Assembly (NCBI GenBank): GCA_965247115.1
Contig: CBDFGR010000002.1
Location: 1,248,001 to 1,312,000 of the forward strand
DNA from: Myxococcota bacterium
GTDB lineage: Bacteria; Myxococcota_A; UBA9160; SZUA-336
Direction of reading: 5' to 3'
DNA length: 64,000 nucleotides
Notes under the pieces: model-generated
The model's database searches: none
What the model saw: the letters and a program-made list of their open reading frames with translations, nothing else
Told to the model about the DNA's origin: nothing
Shown here: positions 9,819 to 17,759 of the stretch, piece after piece
How the letters are laid out: each line of letters begins with the position of its first letter
Position numbering within the stretch: position 1 is the stretch's first letter
Position numbers and translations under genes: made by a program

Positions 9819-10820
9819 CTAGCCCGGCTGCACGCCCGCAACGACGTTCTCGAGCGGCTGTTTGCGGGCCCAGCACTCCAGGTTTCGCAGGAAGTAGGCG
9901 GCCTGACGGCCGCGGTTGCCGAGCGCGCCGCCCGCGCCGTGGGGTGACACGATCACGTTTGGGAGCTCCCACAGCGGGGATTCCTGTGGGAGCGGCTCGA
10001 CCTCGAACACGTCCAGGTAGGCGCCGGCAACGTGGCTGGAGCGCAGCGCTTCGATCAGCGCTGACTCCTCGATCACCTCGCCGCGGGCGATGTTGAGCAC
10101 GTGCGCTCCCTCGGGAAGCCGCGCGATCGCCGTCGAGTCGATCAGGCAGCGCGTCTCGTCGTTGAGGGAGCACGCCAGCGCTAGCCAGTCCGCGCGCGGC
10201 AGGACCTCGTGCAGCCGGCTCGGGTGCACGAGGTCGTCGACCGGATCCTCCGATCGCCGGGGGCTCCTGCGGACTCCGATCACATGGAGGCCGAGGCTTC
10301 GGCCAAGTCGCGCGATCTCCGAGCCGATCGAGCCCAGGCCCACGACCACCAGCGTCTGGTCTGCGAGGTCAACCGGCACCTCGCGTCCGGAGAAGGGTGG
10401 CCACTCGCGCCGGCTCTGGGCGCGTTGCCAGCGCGGGAAGCCACGCGCGAGCATCAGCAGCCCACCGATCAGCGTCTGCGCGATCGGCACCGCGCTGGCC
10501 CCCGCCGAGTTCGTGAGCAGGATGCCCCCTTCGATGAAGCGCTGGAAGACGGCATGATCCGTCCCCACGTTGAACACGTGGAGCCAGCGCAGCCGCGGCG
10601 AACTGCTCGCTGCGGATAAGAACGCCGGCGAGAGCTCCGGAAACATGTCTGCAGAGAAGTGGGCGATCTCCACGCGTGCAAGCTCCTCGGGATCCACACG
10701 CCCGTCGGGTTCGCTCGGCAACAGGATGCGCTCCAGCGACACGCCCGTCTCCGATTCGATGCTCTCCACCTGGGCGCCGTACTCGCGGAGAAAGCCGCGG
10801 GAGGTGAGGAAGCCCGTCAC
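9819..10820 (-). CDS. D-isomer-specific 2-hydroxyacid dehydrogenase family protein
   Basis: GLGSIG Rossmann motif, NIARG, AGAYLDVFEVEPLP, SPH. Confidence 0.9.
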   Translation of the reverse strand: MTGFLTSRGFLREYGAQVESIESETGVSLERILLPSEPDGRVDPEELARVEIAHFSADMFPELSPAFLSAASSSPRLRWLHVFNVGTDHAVFQRFIEGGILLTNSAGASAVPIAQTLIGGLLMLARGFPRWQRAQSRREWPPFSGREVPVDLADQTLVVVGLGSIGSEIARLGRSLGLHVIGVRRSPRRSEDPVDDLVHPSRLHEVLPRADWLALACSLNDETRCLIDSTAIARLPEGAHVLNIARGEVIEESALIEALRSSHVAGAYLDVFEVEPLPQESPLWELPNVIVSPHGAGGALGNRGRQAAYFLRNLECWARKQPLENVVAGVQPG

Positions 10821-12265
10821 GCGCCGAGCAGCTGCGACAGGATTGCTCGCACTCCGTCCGGGCTCGCCTTGCCGCCGGTGGCTTTCATGACCTGGCCGAC
10901 GAAGAAGTTGAAGAGCTTCTCCTGTCCGGCCCGGTACTTCTCGACCTGCCCGGGATGCTCCTCGATCACGGCACTGGCGATGCGCTTTAGCTCGTCCACG
11001 TCCGAGACCGCCTCGAGGCCAGACCCGCGCATGATCGTCTCGGGCCGCTCGCCGCTCCGCGTCATCTCGAAGAAGATCTCGCGCGCGCTCGTTGCCGTAA
11101 CCCGACCGGCATCGAGCAGACCGAGCAGCTCTACCAGGTGCTTGGGCGTGATCGGGAGCCCGTCGAGCGAGGCTCCGGACTCGCCAAGCACGGCGAGCAG
11201 GCTGCGCATGATCCAGTGGGAGACCTGCTTGGCGTCCCCCCCGAGCGCAACAGCGCTCTCGAAGAACTCGGCCACTTCCCGATCCTCAGTCAGGACTTGT
11301 GCCTCGGCGTGAGGGAGTCGGTACTCGCTCGCATAGCGCGCCCGCTTCTCATGCGGCAGCTCCGGTAAGTCGCGGCGCAGGGCCTCGACCCACTCCTCGG
11401 TGAGAGCGAGCGGGGGCAGGTCCGGATCGGGGAAGTAGCGGTAGTCGTCGGCCTCCTCCTTGCCCCGCAGCGGGCGCGACTCGCCCGCGCTCTCGTCCCA
11501 GTTACGTGTCTCCTGCACGACCTCGCCCCCGTCCTCGAGCAGGTCACTCTGGCGTTCGATCTCGTGAGCGAGCGCCTTCTCGACGAATTTGAAGGAGTTC
11601 AGGTTCTTGAGCTCGACCCTTGTTCCGAGCTCCCTCTGGCCGCGAGGGCGCACGGACACGTTCGCGTCGCAGCGGAAGTTCCCCTTCTCCATGTCTGCAT
11701 CGGACACGCCGAGGTAGCGGAGGATGCTTCGCAGGCTGCGCAAGTAGGCCCCCGCCTCCTCCGGACTCTTCATGACAGGCTCGGAGACGATCTCGATCAG
11801 AGGAACGCCGGCGCGGTTCAGGTCGACGAAGGTCGTTCCGGCGGTGATGGCGTCGTCGTGGATGTTCTTCGCCGCATCTTCTTCCATGTGGATCCGCGTC
11901 AGCGCGACGGCGGAACTCTCTCCATCGAGCTCGATCGGAACGGCGCCCCCGGTCGAAAAGGGCTGCTCGAACTGCGAGATCTGGTAGCCCTTTGGCAGGT
12001 CCGGGTAGAAGTAGTGCTTGCGGGCAAAGATCGAGACGGGGCGGATCTCGCAGTCGAGAGCCAAGGCCGCGCGCACCGCGAGCTCGACGGCGCGTTCGTT
12101 GATCACGGGCAGCACCCCCGGCATGCCGACGTCCACCTCGGTGGTCCGTGTATTCGGCTCGCCCCCGAACTCATTCGGCGCGGAGCTGAAGAGCTTTGCT
12201 CGGGTCTTCAGCTGCGCATGAACCTCGAGGCCAATGACCGCTTCCCAGCTCGTCGTCACGCACAC
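10817..12265 (-). CDS. gatB: Asp-tRNA(Asn)/Glu-tRNA(Gln) amidotransferase subunit B
   Basis: VIGLEVHAQL, YFYPDLPKGYQISQ, DLNRAGVPLIEIVSEP, DYRYFPDPDL, C-terminal YqeY-like domain; start may be 12259. Confidence 0.97.
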   Translation of the reverse strand: MCVTTSWEAVIGLEVHAQLKTRAKLFSSAPNEFGGEPNTRTTEVDVGMPGVLPVINERAVELAVRAALALDCEIRPVSIFARKHYFYPDLPKGYQISQFEQPFSTGGAVPIELDGESSAVALTRIHMEEDAAKNIHDDAITAGTTFVDLNRAGVPLIEIVSEPVMKSPEEAGAYLRSLRSILRYLGVSDADMEKGNFRCDANVSVRPRGQRELGTRVELKNLNSFKFVEKALAHEIERQSDLLEDGGEVVQETRNWDESAGESRPLRGKEEADDYRYFPDPDLPPLALTEEWVEALRRDLPELPHEKRARYASEYRLPHAEAQVLTEDREVAEFFESAVALGGDAKQVSHWIMRSLLAVLGESGASLDGLPITPKHLVELLGLLDAGRVTATSAREIFFEMTRSGERPETIMRGSGLEAVSDVDELKRIASAVIEEHPGQVEKYRAGQEKLFNFFVGQVMKATGGKASPDGVRAILSQLLGA

Positions 12266-12269
12266 ACCC

Positions 12270-14882
12270 TCAAAGCACGATATTCAGAAGCCGCCCTGGA
12301 ACGTATACCACCCGGCGCGGCTCCTTGGAGTCGACGTGCCTGGCGACGTTCTCGTTCTCGACGGCAAGGGCGTAGGCGCTGCTCTCGTCGGCATCGGCGG
12401 GGACACGAACGCGCGCTCGCATCTTCCCCTGAACCTGGACACTGATCTCGACCTCTTCCTCGACGAGCAGCAGGGCGTCCGCCTCCGGCCACTCCGCGTA
12501 GGTGATCGACGTTTTGTGCCCGAGTGCCTCCCAGAGCTCCTCGCACAGGTGCGGGGCCATCGGACCGAGCAGCCTCAGAAAGGTCTCCCCGAGCCCGCGC
12601 GGTAGCGGCGCATCCCTGTCGACGTCGCGGACGAACACCATGAGCGCAGAGATCGCAGTGTTGAAGCTGAGCTTCTCGAAGTCCTCGGTTACCTTGTGCA
12701 CGGTCCTTGCCAGGAGCTTTCGCTGCGCCTCGCTGCCCTCCCCCTCTGGCAGCTCGCGCGCCGCGTCCGCGTCGTCGATGAAGAGCCGGTACACACGCTG
12801 TAAGAAGCGCGCCACCCCGGGAATGCCCTCCGTCGACCAGGGCGCTGCCTTTGCAAGCGGTCCGATGAACATCTCGAAGAGTCGCAGGGAGTCCGCGCCG
12901 AACTCCTCGATCACGTCGTTGGGGTTCACGACGTTGCCACGGCTCTTCGCCATCCGCTCGATTACCTCTTCCAGAGCGATGTCGGTATCGGGTGCGAGTG
13001 GGTGCTCCGGATCTGCCCAGCGCACGTCCTTTGGGTCCACCCAGAGCTCGCGCAGCTCCCGTCCCGAGCCGACGTGAACGGGCGTCTCGCTTTCGTAGCG
13101 CACGTCGGCGGAGGAATAGTACTTGGGACCATCGTCGGTCTCCTCGCCGAAGTAGCGGTAGCTCTTTCCCTGGATCATTCCAGGACTGAGCAGCTTCTGG
13201 AACGGCTCCAGCGTCGAGACCAACCCGAGGTCGTAGAGGACCTTGTGCCAGAAACGGGCGTAGAGCAGGTGCAGCACGGCGTGCTCGGCGCCACCGACGT
13301 ACAGATCGACGTTCATCCAGTACTTCTCGGCCTCGCTCGAGCAGGCCACCTGGTCGTTGTTCGGATCGCAGAAGCGCAAGTAGTACCAGCAGCTCCCGGC
13401 CCACTGGGGCATGGTGTTCGCATCGCGCTTTGCCGGCGCACCCGTGTCGGGGTCCGTGGTCTCGATCCACTCCCTGACCCGCGCGAGCGGCGGCTCGAAG
13501 TCTCCCGAAGGACGGAAGTCCTCGAGCTCCGGCAGCAGCACGGGCAGCTCGTCCTCGGGCACGAGCTTTGTCGTGCCGTCCTCCAGGTGGAGGACCGGGA
13601 AGGGCTCCCCCCAGTAACGCTGCCTGCTGAAGATCCAATCGCGCAGCTTGTAGTTGATGGCGCGCTCGCCCTTGCCCTGCTGCTCGAGCCACTCGATCAT
13701 CGCGGCCTTGGCGCGGCTCGTCTCGAGCCCGTCCAAAAAGCCCGAGTTCAGGGCCACGCCCTCACCCACGAAGGCCTCGCGCGAGATGTCGCCTCCGGAG
13801 ACCACCTCGACAATGGGTAGGTCGCAGCTCCGCGCAAACTCGTAGTCCCGCGTGTCGTGGCCCGGGACGGCCATGATCGCGCCCGAGCCGTAGGAGATGA
13901 GCACGTAGTCCGCGACCCACACCGGGATCTTCGCGTCGTTCACCGGATTGATCGCATACCCGCCAGTGAACACTCCGGTCTTTGCTCGCGCCTCTGCCAT
14001 GCGGGAGCGCTCACTCTTACGGCCGGAGGCCTCCAGATAGTCGCGAACGGCGCCGCGCTGATCATCGGTGGTGATCGCGTCAATCAGGGGGTGCTCGGGC
14101 GCGAGGACCATGTATGTGGCCCCGAACAAGGTGTCTGGCCGCGTCGTGAAGATCTCGATCGGGTCCTCGTCGAGCTCTACCAGGGGGAACTTTACGCGGG
14201 CTCCCTCGGAGCGTCCGATCCAATCGATCTGCATCTTGCGGATCGATTCCGGCCAATCGACCCCGTCCAGGTCATCGATCAGCCGATCCGCGTAGGCCGT
14301 GATCCTGAGCACCCATTGCTTGAGAGGGAGACGCACGACGGGGAAGCCACCGATGTCGCTCTTGCCGTCCCGCACTTCCTCGTTGGCCAGCACGGTCCCC
14401 AGCTCCGGACACCAGTTGACGGGCACCTCCTCCTGGTAGGCAAGCCCGCGCTCGTACAGCTTGCAGAAGATCCACTGCGTCCAGCGCACGTAGCTCGGGT
14501 CGGTCGTGTCGATCTCCCGGTCCCAGTCATACGAGAGGCCCAGCGCCTGCAGCTGCTGCTTGTAGTTGGCTACGTTCGCGGCGGTGGTCATCCGCGGATG
14601 CTGGCCCATGCGCACCGCATGCTGCTCCGCGGGCAGGCCGAACGCGTCCCACCCCATGGGATGCAAGACACTGAAGCCACGCATGCGCTTGTAGCGCGCG
14701 TACACGTCGGTGGCGACGTAGCCCTTCGGATGTCCCACGTGGAGCCCCTCCCCGGACGGATACGGAAACATGTCGAGGATGTAGAGCTTCGGGCGAGTCG
14801 CATCGATCTCGGCCTTGAAGGTGCCCTCCTCGAGCCAGTGCTTCTGCCACTTGGGCTCGATGTCTCGCGGTACGTAAGGCAT
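12270..14882 (-). CDS. leuS: Leucine--tRNA ligase
   Basis: MFPYPSG.GLHVGH, GWDAFGLPAE, SRQRYWGEP, GGAEHAVLHLLYARFW, RMAKS (KMSKS variant). Confidence 0.97.
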   Translation of the reverse strand: MPYVPRDIEPKWQKHWLEEGTFKAEIDATRPKLYILDMFPYPSGEGLHVGHPKGYVATDVYARYKRMRGFSVLHPMGWDAFGLPAEQHAVRMGQHPRMTTAANVANYKQQLQALGLSYDWDREIDTTDPSYVRWTQWIFCKLYERGLAYQEEVPVNWCPELGTVLANEEVRDGKSDIGGFPVVRLPLKQWVLRITAYADRLIDDLDGVDWPESIRKMQIDWIGRSEGARVKFPLVELDEDPIEIFTTRPDTLFGATYMVLAPEHPLIDAITTDDQRGAVRDYLEASGRKSERSRMAEARAKTGVFTGGYAINPVNDAKIPVWVADYVLISYGSGAIMAVPGHDTRDYEFARSCDLPIVEVVSGGDISREAFVGEGVALNSGFLDGLETSRAKAAMIEWLEQQGKGERAINYKLRDWIFSRQRYWGEPFPVLHLEDGTTKLVPEDELPVLLPELEDFRPSGDFEPPLARVREWIETTDPDTGAPAKRDANTMPQWAGSCWYYLRFCDPNNDQVACSSEAEKYWMNVDLYVGGAEHAVLHLLYARFWHKVLYDLGLVSTLEPFQKLLSPGMIQGKSYRYFGEETDDGPKYYSSADVRYESETPVHVGSGRELRELWVDPKDVRWADPEHPLAPDTDIALEEVIERMAKSRGNVVNPNDVIEEFGADSLRLFEMFIGPLAKAAPWSTEGIPGVARFLQRVYRLFIDDADAARELPEGEGSEAQRKLLARTVHKVTEDFEKLSFNTAISALMVFVRDVDRDAPLPRGLGETFLRLLGPMAPHLCEELWEALGHKTSITYAEWPEADALLLVEEEVEISVQVQGKMRARVRVPADADESSAYALAVENENVARHVDSKEPRRVVYVPGRLLNIVL

Positions 14883-14940
14883 GCGGGGACTTTAGCCGCG
14901 AGCCCGGCTTTTCGCAGCGCACCATTCCGACTAGACTCCG

Positions 14941-16095
14941 ATGGCCGCAACAGCCGGCCCCGGAGGCGCCCCGATGCCCGACGAGAAGAGCGAGGAGCTC
15001 GGCTTCGCGTGGACCTATCCCGAGCTGGGGCCAACCGAGCAGCGTCGCAAGGACGGCCTGCTCCAGCAGCCGATCGAATCTTTGCAGCCATCCAGGACAC
15101 ACACCGTTGCCGACCTGGTGAGGGCCATGTCGGGGATGAGCGTGCAGGCTCGCTGTGTGGGGCAGTGCTACGAAGTGCTCCAGGAAATGCTCCGAGATCC
15201 CGATCGCCCGACCATTCTGCTCGGCCTCGCGGGTCCGTTGATCGCGGGCGGGCTGCGTCAGGTCATCCGCGAGATGATCGAGGGCGGACTCGTCGACGTC
15301 GTTGTCTCCACGGGGGCGATTCTCTACCAGGACGTCTATCAGGCACGGGGCTGGGGCCACTTCCGGGGCTCCTCGGCCGCGGACGACGGCGCCCTGCGAG
15401 ACCTGTACATCGATCGCATCTACGACACGTACGTCGACGAGGTGGGCTTTGGAAAGACGGACTCGTGGATCGGGCTGCTGGCGGACGAACTCGAGCCCGG
15501 GATCTACTCGAGCCGCCAGTTCATGGACGTGCTCGCCGACGCCGTGGACGACCCGGCCTCGATCGTTGCCACGTGTCGGCGTCTCGGGGTGCCGATGTTC
15601 GTGCCTGCCCTCAACGACAGCTCCATCGGCATCGGCCTCACCGAGCACCACCACCGCTGCGTGAAATTCGACCGTCCCGGCATCCACATCGACTCCATCC
15701 AGGACAACTACGAGCTCACACAGATCGTCGTCCAGTCGCCTGCGACGGCCGCGATCTACGTCGCAGGCGGCGTCCCGAAGAACTACATCAACGACTCGGT
15801 GGTCATGAGCTACATCTTCGACCAGGGGGCCGAGGGCCACCGCTACGCGCTGCAGGTCACCACGGCTGTCACTGCGGACGGAGGGCTGTCGAGCTCCACG
15901 CTCGACGAGGCAAAGAGCTGGGGCAAGATCAAGAAGACGGCCGAGCGCGCCATGGCCTGGGTCGAGCCGACGGTCTCGCTGCCCTTGCTGGTGACCGCGG
16001 CCCTTCAGGAGCGGCTCGCGGAGGGCCGCACGCGACTCACGTACTCGTGGAACGGAAAGATTCTCGAGAAGCTCGCCACCGCCGAGCGCAGCTGA
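14941..16095 (+). CDS. Deoxyhypusine synthase-like protein (homospermidine synthase family)
   Basis: VVSTGA, PALNDSSIG, GGVPKN, DGGLSSSTLDEAKSWGK with the catalytic Lys; start may be 14974. Confidence 0.88.
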   Translation: MAATAGPGGAPMPDEKSEELGFAWTYPELGPTEQRRKDGLLQQPIESLQPSRTHTVADLVRAMSGMSVQARCVGQCYEVLQEMLRDPDRPTILLGLAGPLIAGGLRQVIREMIEGGLVDVVVSTGAILYQDVYQARGWGHFRGSSAADDGALRDLYIDRIYDTYVDEVGFGKTDSWIGLLADELEPGIYSSRQFMDVLADAVDDPASIVATCRRLGVPMFVPALNDSSIGIGLTEHHHRCVKFDRPGIHIDSIQDNYELTQIVVQSPATAAIYVAGGVPKNYINDSVVMSYIFDQGAEGHRYALQVTTAVTADGGLSSSTLDEAKSWGKIKKTAERAMAWVEPTVSLPLLVTAALQERLAEGRTRLTYSWNGKILEKLATAERS

Positions 16096-16922
16096 TGCTG
16101 GTCGAGCCGGAGGCGCTCGAGCGCCGGCTGGGCGACCCCGACCTGCGCGTGGTCGACGCGACCTGGTACCTGCCGGCGCAAGGGCGGAACGCGGCCGAGG
16201 AGTTCGCTCGCGAGCACCTGCCCGGCGCGATCCACCTGGACCTCTCGACTGACCTGACGGACAGCGAGGCTTCCGTCCGGAACACGATCGCAGCGCCGAA
16301 GGAGCTCGCTCGCAGCTTTGGCATGGCGGGGATCGGGACCGAGCACCATGTCGTGGTGTATGACAGGCTCGGTGGCTTCTCGGCAGGTCGCATCTGGTGG
16401 GCTCTCCGGCTCGCGGGCCACCCGCACACATCACTGCTCAATGGAGGCTTCACGCGCTGGGTCGCGGAAGGCCGGCCGGTGACGGCGGAGCTACGGCGCC
16501 TTCCCGCAGCGCGCTTCCAGGCTGCGCCCCGCCCCGAGCTCCTGGCGAGCAAGAGCGACGTCCTGCGCGTGCTCTCCGCGGGAGAGACCACGATCGTCGA
16601 CGCCCGCCCGCTCGACCGCTTTCAGGGAACCGGGGAGGAGCCGACCCGCTACAAGGGCCACATTCCGAGCTCCGTGTGCATCCCGCACGAGCGCAACCGG
16701 GACACCGACCTAGCGTTCCGCCCCGCGGACGAGCTCCGCGCACTCTACGAGGAGGCGGGAGTGCGCTTCGATCGTCCCGTCATCACCACCTGTGGCTCCG
16801 GCGTCACCGCGTCTCTGAGCGCGTTCGCCCTCACAATGCTGGGCCACACGGACGTACGGCTCTACGATGGCTCCTGGGCGGAGTGGGGGGAGTTGGACGA
16901 CGTGCCCCACGAGAGGTCGTGA
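16095..16922 (+). CDS. sseA: 3-mercaptopyruvate/thiosulfate sulfurtransferase (tandem rhodanese)
   Basis: HLPGA, LNGGF..W, DAR, GHIP, active site CGSGVTA, LYDGSWAEW; ATG overlaps the upstream TGA. Confidence 0.88.
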   Translation: MLVEPEALERRLGDPDLRVVDATWYLPAQGRNAAEEFAREHLPGAIHLDLSTDLTDSEASVRNTIAAPKELARSFGMAGIGTEHHVVVYDRLGGFSAGRIWWALRLAGHPHTSLLNGGFTRWVAEGRPVTAELRRLPAARFQAAPRPELLASKSDVLRVLSAGETTIVDARPLDRFQGTGEEPTRYKGHIPSSVCIPHERNRDTDLAFRPADELRALYEEAGVRFDRPVITTCGSGVTASLSAFALTMLGHTDVRLYDGSWAEWGELDDVPHERS

Positions 16923-16964
16923 GCCGGCAACCGCGTTGGACGAAGGGATGCGAGAGACCACCCG

Positions 16965-17648
16965 TTGATCCCGATACGCGACGACATTCCGGCCAGCGCG
17001 ATCCCCATCATCAACTACGCGCTGATCGCCCTCTGCACCATCGGATTCGGGACGGAGGTAGCGCTCGGGTCCGGGATCGATCGGCTGATCGAAGCGAACG
17101 GCCTCATCCCGGAGCGCTTCCTCACCCTTGGCGAGCGCTTCGGCTTCCTGCGGCCCGTCCTCTACGTACCGTTTCTGACCTCCATCTTCCTTCACGGGGG
17201 ATACCTGCACTTCCTCCTGAACATGCTCTTCCTGTGGATCTTCGGAGACAACGTGGAAGATCGGATGGGGCATGCTGGCTACACGCTCTTCTTCCTGACT
17301 GGCGGCGCGCTCGCTGGCGCGGCCCACGTGGTGGCGAACCCGGCCTCAGTCGTGCCGACGATCGGTGCGAACGGAGCGATTGCAGCGGTGATGGGCGCCT
17401 ACCTGGTCTTGTACCCGAGGGCCAGGATCGAATCGCTCGTTCTGTTCGGGTTTTCGCTGCGCTGGCTCTCCGTGCCCTCGATCGTGTACCTGATCGCGTG
17501 GCTGGCGTTGCAGCTGCTGCAGGGCAGCCTGTCGCTCGGCGAGGCGCAGACCGGGGGGGTCGCCTGGTGGGCGCACGCGGGAGGCTTCCTGTTCGGTGCC
17601 GCTCTCGTGAGCGTTCTGGGCCTGCGCGCGCCACCGCGCCTGGAATGA
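16965..17648 (+). CDS. Rhomboid family intramembrane protease (catalytic Ser position reads Asn)
   Basis: TSIFLHGG..H...NMLFLWIFGDNVEDRMG; GANG in place of GASG; WWAHAGGF retains the catalytic His. Confidence 0.88.
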   Translation: MIPIRDDIPASAIPIINYALIALCTIGFGTEVALGSGIDRLIEANGLIPERFLTLGERFGFLRPVLYVPFLTSIFLHGGYLHFLLNMLFLWIFGDNVEDRMGHAGYTLFFLTGGALAGAAHVVANPASVVPTIGANGAIAAVMGAYLVLYPRARIESLVLFGFSLRWLSVPSIVYLIAWLALQLLQGSLSLGEAQTGGVAWWAHAGGFLFGAALVSVLGLRAPPRLE

Positions 17649-17723
17649 GAACCCGCTGCGCTCGTCGCGCCAGGGGTCGCCGTACGCTGCAAGCAAGACG
17701 CTGCGTCGCCCCGTAGAGGCGAG

Positions 17724-17751
17724 GCGTCGCGCCCCGAACGGGGCGCGACGC
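17724..17751. terminator. GC-rich hairpin between convergent genes (probable terminator)
   Basis: GCGTCGCGCCCC-GAAC-GGGGCGCGACGC perfect 12-bp stem; no strong U-tract. Confidence 0.55.
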
Positions 17752-17759
17752 TGTGGCCG

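Noticed and set aside
13857..16922. 1021-aa ORF as one protein
   Set aside because: Only the part from ATG 16095 is rhodanese; the rest overlaps leuS and the DHS-like gene in non-coding frames
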